A stretch of DNA of 64,000 bases from Candidatus Acidiferrales bacterium (GTDB lineage: Bacteria > Acidobacteriota > Terriglobia > Acidiferrales > UBA7541). Below the pieces are notes generated by a model. That model did no database searches, was not told the DNA's origin, and was given only the letters and a program-made list of their open reading frames with translations. Location of the stretch: positions 705 to 64,704 of the forward strand of contig JBAPOP010000007.1 of NCBI GenBank assembly GCA_049279675.1. The letters run 5' to 3'. This document shows, piece by piece, positions 28,212 through 37,949 of this stretch; positions within the stretch are counted from its first letter, which is position 1; each line of letters begins with the position of its first letter. The position numbers and the translations under genes are program-made.

Positions 28212-29456
28212 ATGAAGCAGGACTATCGCGAAAACCTCACGCTCGCCTTTGATACGCTGCGCAGCCACAAGCTCCGCAGCTTCCTCGCCGTTCTGGGCGT
28301 AACGATTGGCGTCGGCCTAATCATTCTCGTCGTCGGCCTGGTCGAGGGTTTCCGCGCCAACATTCAGAAGGAAATCACATCGGAAGGCATCGATACGGCC
28401 TGGGTTCAGCGCTTCGGAGAAGGCTTCGGAACAAACGGCCGCAGGCCGAAAGAAGAGCGCGAGCGCAAACCGCTGACGCTCGAAGATGGCGACGCCATTC
28501 TGCCCGCGTGTCCCACAGTGAAGTCTGTCGCCGTCTCGATTTTTCAATGGGAACTCACGCACAGCGTGCGCTACCAAGCCAATGAAGTGCAGGGCGTCGA
28601 ATTCCGCGGAACGTTTCCCGCGTTCCTCGAAGTCTATTCGAATGCGGCAATGCGCGCCGGCCGGTTTTTCACCGATACGGAGAACGACCACCGCGACAAC
28701 GTCGCCGACATCGGCGAGAACATTGCCACGGCGCTTTACGGCAACATTGACGACGCCGTCGGCAAGACGATCAACGTGGACGGTTCTGAATTCCTCGTAA
28801 TCGGCGTCCTCGACAGGCCTGCCGGCACGTTTGGAATGGATGACGAAGATCGCCGCGTCATTCTTCCTTACTACACGTTTCGCAAGCTTTATCCGGCGGC
28901 CTACGAAATTTTCATCCGCTTCCTCGCCTATCCCGGCAAAGTAGATACCGCTGTGGACGAAGTTCGCGACGTCTTGCGCCGCCGCCGCAACGTGCCGTAC
29001 GACAAGCCGGACGATTTCTTCATTCAGACCAACCGCGAGACAGCGCAGCAGTTCAACGACATCATCAAAGGAACCGTTGTCGTGATCGTGGTCCTCAGCT
29101 CAATCGGGCTTTTGATCGGCGGTGTCGGCGTGATGAATATCATGCTCGTATCGGTTACCGAGCGAACGCGCGAAATCGGTGTTCGCAAAGCGATTGGCGC
29201 GCGCAGCGCCGATATCACCTGGCAATTCTTGTTCGAGGCCATGACGCTCACGGGTCTCGGTGGTTTTATCGGCATTGTGGTCGGCGGCGGCGCAGTCGTG
29301 CTGATTCCGATGCTGACAAAAGTCAACGCCGTCATTACTCTCTGGTCCATCGCCGCTGGACTTGTCGTCTCCATCAGCATCGGTCTCGTATTCGGCGTGT
29401 GGCCCGCCGTGAAAGCGGCGAATCTGGATCCTGTCGAAGCTTTGCGCTATGAATAG
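28212..29456 (+). CDS. MacB-like ABC transporter permease (second paralog)
   Basis: This is a 414-aa ORF with LAFDTLRSHKLRSFLAVLGVTIGV...ERTREIGVRKAIGA. It lies 23 nt after the previous permease. Confidence 0.9.
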   Translation: MKQDYRENLTLAFDTLRSHKLRSFLAVLGVTIGVGLIILVVGLVEGFRANIQKEITSEGIDTAWVQRFGEGFGTNGRRPKEERERKPLTLEDGDAILPACPTVKSVAVSIFQWELTHSVRYQANEVQGVEFRGTFPAFLEVYSNAAMRAGRFFTDTENDHRDNVADIGENIATALYGNIDDAVGKTINVDGSEFLVIGVLDRPAGTFGMDDEDRRVILPYYTFRKLYPAAYEIFIRFLAYPGKVDTAVDEVRDVLRRRRNVPYDKPDDFFIQTNRETAQQFNDIIKGTVVVIVVLSSIGLLIGGVGVMNIMLVSVTERTREIGVRKAIGARSADITWQFLFEAMTLTGLGGFIGIVVGGGAVVLIPMLTKVNAVITLWSIAAGLVVSISIGLVFGVWPAVKAANLDPVEALRYE

Positions 29457-29497
29457 CGCGCCAGGATTTAGCTCCATCCAATTTGGGAGATAACGCA

Positions 29498-29971
29498 ATG
29501 CCCTCGGGCTCGAAAAGCATCGAAGTAGATTTCATGCTCCAGCTTCTGAGCGAAGCCTACGAGAAGAAAACTTGGCATGGCCCGAATTTGAGGCAATCCA
29601 TTCGCGGTGTTTCCGCGCGCGACGCCGCGTGGCGGCCTTCGCCCGGTCGTCACAATATCTGGGAGCTCACTCTACACGCGGCATATTGGAAGTATGCCGT
29701 GCGGCGACTCCTGCTTGGCCTGCCGCGGGGTTCATCCGCGCTAAAGGGAAGCAATTTTTTCGCCATGCCGGAGCCGCCTGCCGACGCAGCGTGGCGCCGC
29801 GACCGCCAACTGCTCGAAGATGAGCACCGCAAGCTCATGGCGACGATTGCAGATTCGCGAAATTCGCGTGTCGTAAAGAAGCAGCTCCGGATGATTTTCG
29901 GCGTCGCGTATCACGACATTTACCACGCTGGCCAGATTCGCTTGCTTCGGCGGCTGCGAGAGAAGCGGTAG
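29498..29971 (+). CDS. DinB-family protein
   Basis: The ATG at 29498 lies inside track ORF 29483..29971. It contains WHGPNLRQSI...HNIWELTLHAAYWKY...YHDIYHAGQIRLL, a DinB four-helix His triad pattern. Confidence 0.75.
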   Translation: MPSGSKSIEVDFMLQLLSEAYEKKTWHGPNLRQSIRGVSARDAAWRPSPGRHNIWELTLHAAYWKYAVRRLLLGLPRGSSALKGSNFFAMPEPPADAAWRRDRQLLEDEHRKLMATIADSRNSRVVKKQLRMIFGVAYHDIYHAGQIRLLRRLREKR

Positions 29972-30032
29972 CGCCGCTTGACGCGCCAGTCCGCGATCAA
30001 CCCAACTCTTCGTAGGAAATTTGGGAATCGAA

Positions 30033-30932
30033 TTATTGCTGCGCTAATTCTTTCAGCAGCGCTGCGATGGGACTGGCTGGATCAACACTGGGTGTACCGT
30101 TGGAACTCATTCGGTAGGCATAGCCTGCGGGATCTTTAGGAATCGCGCGCGCCATTCCCGCGGCGAGTACATCCGCTCCCGATGCCGGGAAATGGCCGAA
30201 TTGCTTCTTGTAAGCCGCGGCGATCTGCGTCAAAGCTTCGAGGTCCGCTTCCGTTTGCAACTCCTTCAGATGATTCATCGCGTTTCTGCGAATTCGCTCG
30301 TCGGTCGCTTCCTTATAGACTTGCGACCACATGAAGCGCGAAGTGTCGCGCGACATTCCTTCTTGCGCGATATGCGCCGCGAAGGGTTTCATCCACGGCG
30401 GCGCGCCCGCGATGTCGCCGCCCTGCCAAAATGCCTGCGCCGCGGCTTGATAATTTTTCGTGTGCCAATAGTAGATCGTTCCGAGATCGGAATAGAGCTG
30501 CCACTCATCCGGATTCGCAGCAATCCCTCGCTTCACCAGGTCGGCGCCGAGGTCCGGGCGACCTGCGCCAATCGGTTGCCCTTCCGCGAGAAACGTTCCT
30601 CCGAAGCGATACGCGATCAGAAGATGCGGATCGAGCGTCGTCGTCACATTCAGAAGAGGCGCCAGCTGATCGAAGTTTGCTCCCGCGTGCCCCAGCCGTG
30701 CGCCGTAATACTGCACGACTCGCGTCCAGTAAATGTCCGCGAGCAGCGAATCGTAGCCCAGGCTCAGCTTTTTCAGCATCGGGCCTGTGGCGAAAAGCGT
30801 GTCGCCCGTTTCGTTCTCGAGGAAATTTGTACGGATCGCGATCCGCTTTTGCAGCGGATAAAGCAAAACGAGAAGCAGAGGCACCGTCATCACGGCGATT
30901 TTGATTTGGCCGATGCGCGTGGCGCCCGTCAT
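30033..30932 (-). CDS. Membrane-anchored TPR-like protein, third gene of the ABC-2 operon
   Basis: This is a 299-aa ORF with one N-terminal TM helix. Its start overlaps the stop of the permease gene. Confidence 0.45.
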   Translation of the reverse strand: MTGATRIGQIKIAVMTVPLLLVLLYPLQKRIAIRTNFLENETGDTLFATGPMLKKLSLGYDSLLADIYWTRVVQYYGARLGHAGANFDQLAPLLNVTTTLDPHLLIAYRFGGTFLAEGQPIGAGRPDLGADLVKRGIAANPDEWQLYSDLGTIYYWHTKNYQAAAQAFWQGGDIAGAPPWMKPFAAHIAQEGMSRDTSRFMWSQVYKEATDERIRRNAMNHLKELQTEADLEALTQIAAAYKKQFGHFPASGADVLAAGMARAIPKDPAGYAYRMSSNGTPSVDPASPIAALLKELAQQ

Positions 30933-31708
30933 TTCAAATTCCGGTTCGAGAAGATTGCGGAGGCTGCAAGCAGCACCGCTACAATGTAAATCGCGGCGTA
31001 AGCTGTATTGAGCGCGATCAACGCTTTCGGAATCGCATTGCCGTGCGCCGTCGCCGCGATCACGTTGAAGTTGCTGAAGTTCGGCAGCAGGTAATAAATC
31101 ATCGAGGTCACAATTTTCAGCGCCAGGCTGCCCGTGAGCGTTCCCACGCCGCGAATGTCCGCGGCAAACGTACCGGCCACGTAAAATCCGAGCGTGAAAA
31201 TCGTCGAGAGCATCGGCGTCGAAAAGCAGGAAAAGAAAAGCGCGATCGCCGTTACCAACGCGAGTTGCAGCAGAATGAAATAAACGGCCACCAGAATGTG
31301 CGCGTCGCTGCGCACCAGCTTGTGATTCACGTAAAGCAGCGCCACGAAAATTCCCGCGGACATCACCGCCGTATTGACGGTGAGCGTCAGAAGCAGCCCG
31401 AGATACTTTCCCGTCAGAAATTGCCAGCGCCGCACCGGCTTGGCCAGCAGGCTATAGAGCGTTCGCTTTTCCATCTCTTTGTAAACGAGCGCAACGCCGA
31501 TGAAAATCGCCATCACCAATCCGAAAAGCGAAATCGCCGTGAGCCCGAGATTGATGATCACTTCGTGTTCGACGCCAATCGAAATCTTCCCGACAATCAC
31601 CGCCGCGGCAATCATCACCAGCGCGAAAAAAATCAAATTGTAGAGAACGCGATCGCGCACCGATTCGCGAAACGTATTCAAGGCGACGACCGCGGGAACG
31701 TTGCTCAT
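30929..31708 (-). CDS. ABC-2 type permease (NosY-like)
   Basis: This is a 259-aa ORF with six predicted TM segments. It overlaps the ATPase stop by 4 nt. Confidence 0.8.
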   Translation of the reverse strand: MSNVPAVVALNTFRESVRDRVLYNLIFFALVMIAAAVIVGKISIGVEHEVIINLGLTAISLFGLVMAIFIGVALVYKEMEKRTLYSLLAKPVRRWQFLTGKYLGLLLTLTVNTAVMSAGIFVALLYVNHKLVRSDAHILVAVYFILLQLALVTAIALFFSCFSTPMLSTIFTLGFYVAGTFAADIRGVGTLTGSLALKIVTSMIYYLLPNFSNFNVIAATAHGNAIPKALIALNTAYAAIYIVAVLLAASAIFSNRNLK

Positions 31709-32664
31709 TTCACGCTCCCGTCAATCGCGTACGCCGGGCCTTTTTCTTTGCCCACCAGCCGGAAAAAATAATCTTCGAGAGTCGGCTTGAGCTGCGTGAT
31801 GGAAAGAATTCGCGCTCCGGCGCCGCGCAATTCTTCGATCGCCTCGTAGAGCTGCGCTTCGGGCACTTCGACGCGATAGAGCGAGCCGGTTGGCATCGCG
31901 CGATTCGCAAACGTCGCCGGCAGCGGTTGGCCCGCGGCCAACTCGAAGTGAATCTCCATTCCCTGAACTTCAATCGCCATAATCTCTCGCGGCGTGCCCA
32001 CTCCCTGCAATTTTCCGCCCAGCAGCACGGCCACGCGGTCGCACAGAACTTCAGCGTCCGGAAGAATATGCGTCGAGAAGAAAACGGTGCGGCCCTGCCG
32101 CTTGAGATCGAGAATGATGTCCCGCACTTCGCGCCGCCCGACGGGATCGAGCCCCGAAGTCGGCTCGTCGAGAATCACCACCGGCGGATCGTGCAGAATT
32201 GCCTGCGCGATGCCCACGCGCTGCATCATGCCCTTCGAAAATTTTCTGAGTTGAACATTCGCGGCGGTGGCGAGCCCCACGCGCTCGAGGAATCGCGACA
32301 CACGCTCGCGACGCTCGGCGGCGTTGAATCCAAAAAATCGCGCCGAATAATCCAGAAACTCCCGCGCCGTGAGGTAGTCGTAGAAATACGGCTGCTCGGG
32401 CAGAAAGCCGATCTCGCGGTGCATCTCCACGTCGTTAATCGAGCGCCCGCGAATTCGCGCCGTGCCCGACGTCGGAAAAATCAGGCTCAGCAGGAGCTTG
32501 ATGGTCGTCGTTTTTCCCGCGCCATTCGGCCCGAGAAATCCGAAGACTTCGCCTTCCTTCACCTCGAAGCTCAAGCCGTCGAGCGCGCGCCGCCGCTTCT
32601 TGCGCCAAAAGCCCGTCGCATAGTCCTTCGTCAACCCATCAATTTCAATCGCCGCTGACCCCAT
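31705..32664 (-). CDS. ABC transporter ATP-binding protein
   Basis: This is a 319-aa ORF with Walker A (GPNGAGKTT), the signature LSGGM-like motif (FSKGMMQR) and Walker B ([12 protein letters not shown]). Confidence 0.93.
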   Translation of the reverse strand: MGSAAIEIDGLTKDYATGFWRKKRRRALDGLSFEVKEGEVFGFLGPNGAGKTTTIKLLLSLIFPTSGTARIRGRSINDVEMHREIGFLPEQPYFYDYLTAREFLDYSARFFGFNAAERRERVSRFLERVGLATAANVQLRKFSKGMMQRVGIAQAILHDPPVVILDEPTSGLDPVGRREVRDIILDLKRQGRTVFFSTHILPDAEVLCDRVAVLLGGKLQGVGTPREIMAIEVQGMEIHFELAAGQPLPATFANRAMPTGSLYRVEVPEAQLYEAIEELRGAGARILSITQLKPTLEDYFFRLVGKEKGPAYAIDGSVK

Positions 32665-32778
32665 GTATTTTATTTTGGAGAGAACCCCGCCGAAGTCAAT
32701 TGCCGTTGTGCGGCCTTGTTACATCCCGCCGTGAACGAGTCCGCCCGGCCTAAAGCGTGAGCCTGGAGAGAAGCGTCG

Positions 32779-33225
32779 GTGTCTAATCAATCGGAGAATG
32801 AACCTTTGCGAAAGCTTCAAAAGTTAATGTTCGTGGCCAATCTGTTCGTATGGGCGTACTTCTGGCTCGCGTTCGCTCACTCCGCAGTAGCGTATGACCC
32901 GAGACCTTGGGGACATATCCCAGTTGATCCGTATGTTTTTGGGGGGCACGCGATCGGCCTTACCAAGTCAAGCCTGACATACCCATTCATGAAACTGACA
33001 TTCCGGATCGAGTTCCCCTCGTTTCTCTGTGTCGCGCTCTTCCGAAAAGAATTTCTCTCAGGAGTAAGTGGTGAACCTCTCTTTGCCGGAATATCGGCAG
33101 CAGGTTACGAATTGCTGGTAATTATGCTGTTGTCTTTCGTGCAGTGGTTCCTGCTGGCCCGGGTGATTCAACGCCGTTGGTGCAGGTGGATTGGCCGTCC
33201 GACTGCAGCTCCGAATCAAGCGTGA
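32779..33225 (+). CDS. Hypothetical membrane protein
   Basis: This is a 148-aa ORF with a GTG start and three or four hydrophobic segments. I recognise no motif in it. Confidence 0.35.
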   Translation: MSNQSENEPLRKLQKLMFVANLFVWAYFWLAFAHSAVAYDPRPWGHIPVDPYVFGGHAIGLTKSSLTYPFMKLTFRIEFPSFLCVALFRKEFLSGVSGEPLFAGISAAGYELLVIMLLSFVQWFLLARVIQRRWCRWIGRPTAAPNQA

Positions 33226-33284
33226 AAGTTTTCCACGTGTCCGTCGGCCGCGTCCACAACCCCGTGTGATAGAATTCTCCACCG

Positions 33285-33965
33285 ATGCCACGGCTCTGCT
33301 CCTCGCGGTACGAACGGCTCGCGCGGCAACGCGGCTGGCAACGCATCGCAGGACTCGATGAAGCGGGGCGCGGCTCTCTCTTCGGTCCGGTTGTAGCCGC
33401 TGCAGTCATCCTCAATCCCCGGCGGCGAATCGTCGGCCTCGACGATTCCAAGAAGCTCACTCCCGAATATCGCCAGGAACTCGCGCCGCGCATTCGCCAG
33501 CACGCGCTTGCCTGGGCCGTCGCCGAAGTGGACGCCTCGCGCATCGACGCGTGGAACATCTACCAGGCCAGCCGCCAGGCCATGACCGCCGCATTCGAAG
33601 CGCTCGCGCTTTCGCCCGATTATTTGCTGATTGATGCGATGTATCTCGATGTCTGCTGCGAGCAGCAATCGCTCGTGCACGGCGATGCGCGCTCCGTCTC
33701 GATCGCCGCCGCTTCGATCCTCGCGAAAGTTGACCGCGACCGCCTCATGGACGAATGGGACAAGGTGTATCCGCAGTACGGCCTCGCGAGCCACAAAGGC
33801 TACGGGACTCCGCAGCACCTCGAAGCCCTGCGCACGTTCGGCCCCACGCCTCAACACCGCTATTCCTTCGCGCCGGTGCGCGAGGCGAAGTGCTGGGCCG
33901 CCGGAGCCACCCAGGAATCCCTGCCCCTGGCAAGCGCAGCAACCGTCGGCCAATCTGGAGTTTGA
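33285..33965 (+). CDS. rnhB: Ribonuclease HII
   Basis: This is a 226-aa ORF with IAGLDEAGRGSLFGPVVAAAV and DDSKKL motifs. Confidence 0.93.
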   Translation: MPRLCSSRYERLARQRGWQRIAGLDEAGRGSLFGPVVAAAVILNPRRRIVGLDDSKKLTPEYRQELAPRIRQHALAWAVAEVDASRIDAWNIYQASRQAMTAAFEALALSPDYLLIDAMYLDVCCEQQSLVHGDARSVSIAAASILAKVDRDRLMDEWDKVYPQYGLASHKGYGTPQHLEALRTFGPTPQHRYSFAPVREAKCWAAGATQESLPLASAATVGQSGV

Positions 33966-34223
33966 TCCCGCGATTGGGCCGGGCGCCCGCCCGAAAGCCG
34001 CCCGCATGGCCGCCGGACGCCAGTAAAGGGTTCCCATTGCCTATTATCGTGTTCCGTACAGCCTCTGTGTCGCTTCGTTGACCCTCGTTTTTAGCGTGTG
34101 CTACCGTGATTGAGTTTCCGATTTTCGTTCGCTCGCCGCGGCCAAAGGGCTCCTTTTCCGCGTTCGGTAAACCTTTGGTTCGTACGGCGAGTGCCCGAGT
34201 CGGGTTACTCGGCTAAAACGACG

Positions 34224-36986
34224 ATGGCTTTCAACAAAAGCAAGGCGTTGGAATCGGCGCTGAAGTTCATGAATCAGGGCCGTCTGCCCGATGCCATTCG
34301 CGAATACCAGCAGATCCTTCGCATGGATCCGCGCGATCAGGTCACGCTCATGACTTTGGGCGACCTGTTTGTTCGCCAGGCCGATCTTCACCAGGCGACG
34401 GAATATTTCGAGCGCCTCGCCAACGTTTATCTGAACGACGGCTTCAACAGCAAAGCAATCGCGATCTACAAGAAAATCGCCAAGCTCGCGCCGAACGAAC
34501 TGGACCCGCTTGAGCGCCTAGCCGACCTGTATGTCCAGCAGGGCGTCCTCAGCGAAGCCCGGCCGCTCTTCCTTCAGATTGCGGAAGGCCACCTGAAGGC
34601 AAACCGCGCGCAGCGAGCCGTGGAAGTGTTGCGGCGGCTGCTCGAAGTCGAGCCCGAAAATCTGCGCGTCCAGATGCGCCTCGCCGAACTTTACAACGTG
34701 ATGGGGCACAAGATGGAAGCGGCGCGCATGTATCTTAATTGCGCCCAGCGCCTGATGGATCGCGGCGATTTTGTCGAAGTGCAGAAACTCGCGGACCGCG
34801 CTCTCGAACTGGAGCCAGCGAGCGCGATCGCTCTCACATTGAAAGCGCAGTCGCTCGGCGCGACCGGCAATTCCGCGCAGGCCATTACACTGTTGAAGAC
34901 GCTCCCCGACGCCGAAGCGGGGGGCGACACGACAAACCACATCCTCAATCTGCTTCTTCAATCGGAAAATTATCCGGAAGCCACCGCGCTCGCGCGCCGG
35001 ATTTTCGACAACGACAAGCGCCTTTTCGCCATTCCGTACCGCGTGGCGTGCTCGCTTTTGCAAGCGTCGCAGCCCGCCGAGACATTCGCCCTTTTGAAGG
35101 GTGTTCGCGACGCGATGATCGAAGGCGGTGAGCAGGATCAGTATCTCGAAGCGCTCAGCTCCGTCACGCAACTTCTCCCCGGAGAAATCGAGCCGCTCGA
35201 AGAGCTCGTCGCGTTCTGCCGCGTCACCAGCAATTCCTTCCGTTTGCCTGATGCTCTCAGCGACCTCGCGCAGGCGAACGCGGATGCCGGGCATCTCGAT
35301 CGCGCCGAATCGCAGTTGCAGGAGCTGTACGAGAAAAAGCCGGACGACGAACGAGTCGCGGAGCGTCTACGTGAAGTTCGCAGGCAACTTCATGGCGGTT
35401 CCGCAATGGCGACGGAAGAAGAGTCTGTCGGGGAAATATCCGAAGGGCCGTCCGCTTCAGCGCCAGTAGCAGGAGCTGAAGACTCGGCGGAGGCTGAGAC
35501 GACGGAGATAGCCGTTCCGGCGTTCGAAGAAGCTCCGCTCGACGAAGACACGCAACGCTACATTGCGCAGGCTCTCACCGACGTGGACTTGTTCTCGAGC
35601 TATGGGTTGGCGCAAAAGGCGACGAATCTTCTTGAAAGCGTGCTGCAACGCGCGCCGCGATATACACCTGCGCTCGAGCGCCTTCTCGACATCACGCTCG
35701 GCACCGGCAACGATGCGCGCACGGCCGCGCTGGCTGCAGCGCTCGAACGAATTCACTCGCAGCGCGGAGATCGGGCGAGCGCAGAGCGCTTTGCCGGACT
35801 GCGAAAGAGATACGAGCACGCAGCCGAATTTCCGACCGAAGCGGCCGTGGTCCCGAGTGTCTCCGCGTCGGCCGCGCCTCCGGAACCAATGGTTGAGGCG
35901 CCACGAGCCCCGCAAGAATTTACGGTCAACGTGGTCGAGCCGGTGACGTCGGATCAGCCCGCGGAAGTCGACCTCTCCGCAGAATGGGAATCGCTGAGCC
36001 AGGACAACGCAACGATATCAGCGGACGCGAGCGCCGAGCAGGAGACCGTTAAGGCAGAAGATGAAGCCGTGGAGGCTTCGCCAATTACGCAGCCCGAAGA
36101 GTTGCCAGCTCCCGAAGAAGTGGCGCCAGAGACTGAGCGGGAAGCGGAAAGCCCCGCCCCCATTTCAGAAAGCGCGCTGGAGCCAGAACCTGAAGCGGCG
36201 CCGGAAATCGCGGCGGCTCCGGAAGTCGAAGCAGCGCCTGAAGCCGAAGTGCCAGCCTCCGAAGACACACAAGATTTCGAATTGGTTCCCGCAGAACCTT
36301 CCGAGCTGCCCCCCTTATCGCAACCGAGCGCGCCCGCGGCCTCGCCGATGACCTCGAACGAATTTCTCAGCGATCTCGCCGCGGAATTTGGCGATGAAGA
36401 AGTGGAGCCCGCGCACGCGACGATCCCAGCTCGTCACATTCCAGCTGGCGTGCCAGCGGGACAGCCCGCTGCCTCCGCCTCGGCCGCGCCGCATGCAGTC
36501 GCTGCCGCGCCCGTTTCAGTCGACGACGGAGCAAATCTCAATCAGCTCGAAGAAGTCTTTCAGGAATTTCGTAACGAACTCGGCGAAATGGGCGATGAAG
36601 ACGAGGATCTCGAGACGCATTACAACCTCGGCATCGCCTACCGCGAGATGGGTCTGCTTGACGAGGCGATCAGCGAGTTTCAGAAAGTCGCCAAGGCCGT
36701 TCAGCGCGGCAAGCCATTCCGTTACGCGATGCAGTGCTCGACACTTCTGGGCCTGACCTTCATCGATAAGGGTGAGCCGCAAATTGCAACAGTGTGGTAT
36801 TCTCGCGCCCTCGAAATTCCGGGCCTCGACCAGGAAACAATTCTCGCCTTGCGCTACGATTTGGGTCTCGCGCAGGCCTTGGCAGGCGATTCGAGCGCCG
36901 CACTGAGCAGCTTCCGTCAGGTATATGCGGTGAATATCGATTATCGCGACGTGGCCGAGCGCATCGCGACGCTCCAAAAGCGCTGA
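34224..36986 (+). CDS. Large TPR-repeat protein with an acidic P/E/A-rich central region
   Basis: The ATG at 34224 (MAFNKSKALESALKFMNQGRLPDAIREYQQIL) lies inside track ORF 34110..36986. It has N- and C-terminal TPRs. The low-complexity region PEELPAPEEVAPETE... spans about 36050-36360. Confidence 0.8.
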   Translation: MAFNKSKALESALKFMNQGRLPDAIREYQQILRMDPRDQVTLMTLGDLFVRQADLHQATEYFERLANVYLNDGFNSKAIAIYKKIAKLAPNELDPLERLADLYVQQGVLSEARPLFLQIAEGHLKANRAQRAVEVLRRLLEVEPENLRVQMRLAELYNVMGHKMEAARMYLNCAQRLMDRGDFVEVQKLADRALELEPASAIALTLKAQSLGATGNSAQAITLLKTLPDAEAGGDTTNHILNLLLQSENYPEATALARRIFDNDKRLFAIPYRVACSLLQASQPAETFALLKGVRDAMIEGGEQDQYLEALSSVTQLLPGEIEPLEELVAFCRVTSNSFRLPDALSDLAQANADAGHLDRAESQLQELYEKKPDDERVAERLREVRRQLHGGSAMATEEESVGEISEGPSASAPVAGAEDSAEAETTEIAVPAFEEAPLDEDTQRYIAQALTDVDLFSSYGLAQKATNLLESVLQRAPRYTPALERLLDITLGTGNDARTAALAAALERIHSQRGDRASAERFAGLRKRYEHAAEFPTEAAVVPSVSASAAPPEPMVEAPRAPQEFTVNVVEPVTSDQPAEVDLSAEWESLSQDNATISADASAEQETVKAEDEAVEASPITQPEELPAPEEVAPETEREAESPAPISESALEPEPEAAPEIAAAPEVEAAPEAEVPASEDTQDFELVPAEPSELPPLSQPSAPAASPMTSNEFLSDLAAEFGDEEVEPAHATIPARHIPAGVPAGQPAASASAAPHAVAAAPVSVDDGANLNQLEEVFQEFRNELGEMGDEDEDLETHYNLGIAYREMGLLDEAISEFQKVAKAVQRGKPFRYAMQCSTLLGLTFIDKGEPQIATVWYSRALEIPGLDQETILALRYDLGLAQALAGDSSAALSSFRQVYAVNIDYRDVAERIATLQKR

Positions 36987-36993
36987 ACACTTA

Positions 36994-37236
36994 ATGAACC
37001 GTGTCTTTCGTGTGCTTTTCCTGCTGATCTGGCTGGAAATCGGACTCCTTTTGATTCTCGTGCCATGGTCAACCTATTGGGAGGCGAACTATTTTCTAAA
37101 TCGCTTCCCGACGCTGATCCCGTTTCTTCTGAATCCGTATATGCGGGGCGCCATTTCCGGATTAGGATTGATTGACGCGTTTTTTGCCGCGGAGACGTTC
37201 CGCAGCCGGGCCACCGCACTTGTTGATCCCAACTGA
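36994..37236 (+). CDS. Small two-TM membrane protein, hypothetical
   Basis: This is an 80-aa ORF lying 8 nt after the TPR gene. It is hydrophobic (FRVLFLLIWLEIGLLLILVPW). Confidence 0.4.
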   Translation: MNRVFRVLFLLIWLEIGLLLILVPWSTYWEANYFLNRFPTLIPFLLNPYMRGAISGLGLIDAFFAAETFRSRATALVDPN

Positions 37237-37939
37237 TTCGCCAATCCTCTGCTACGTTACTGGCCGCAAAGATCTCGGCCTCGAACCCAATTCAATCGCG
37301 CAGCTTCTCGCGATGATTCGACGCGCGATCGAAGCGGGCATCGATTGGATTCAAATTCGCGAGAAGGATCTATCGGGGCGGGAGTTGATTCATCTCGTGC
37401 GGGAAAGCGTCGCGGCCGCATCCGGCACTCGGACACGCATCATTGTGAACGACCGGTTGGATGTGGCGATCGCGGCGCACGCGTCTGGCGTGCATCTGGG
37501 CGAAGATTCGCTGCCGGTGCGCGACGTGGCGGCTTGGCGAGAAAGCCATGCGACGGAAGGCGTGAACTTTTTCGTCGGCGCGTCGTGCCATAGTCTCGAA
37601 CAGGCAAAATCGGCGGAACGCGACGGCGCCGATCACGTCATTTTCGGGCCAGTGTTCGAAACGCCTTCAAAAGTAAATTTCGGTCCACCGCAAGGAATTG
37701 GGCGGCTGCACGAAATCTGCGGCGAAATCAAAATTCCAGTGCTAGCAATCGGCGGCGTGAATGCTTCGAACGCATTTGAATGTCTGCGCGCAGGCGCAGC
37801 AGGCATCGCAGCGATTCGAATGTTTCAAGAAACTCACAGCCTTCCCCAGAACCCGGAGGCCCCTGCCTCCGGGATTCGCAGCGATGAGCAAGAACTGAGA
37901 AGAGTGGTGGAGCAGTTGCGGAGTCCAAAGCGAAATTGA
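37220..37939 (+). CDS. thiE: Thiamine-phosphate synthase
   Basis: The track ORF is 37172..37939. The start is uncertain, with in-frame TTG codons at 37172, 37184, 37220 and 37223. The sequence ...LCYVTGRKDL...WIQIREKDL...IVNDRLDVAIAAHASGVHLG...VIFGPVFETPSK...AIGGV is ThiE-like. Confidence 0.8.
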   Translation: MLIPTDSPILCYVTGRKDLGLEPNSIAQLLAMIRRAIEAGIDWIQIREKDLSGRELIHLVRESVAAASGTRTRIIVNDRLDVAIAAHASGVHLGEDSLPVRDVAAWRESHATEGVNFFVGASCHSLEQAKSAERDGADHVIFGPVFETPSKVNFGPPQGIGRLHEICGEIKIPVLAIGGVNASNAFECLRAGAAGIAAIRMFQETHSLPQNPEAPASGIRSDEQELRRVVEQLRSPKRN

Positions 37940-37949
37940 AGAAACTCGA

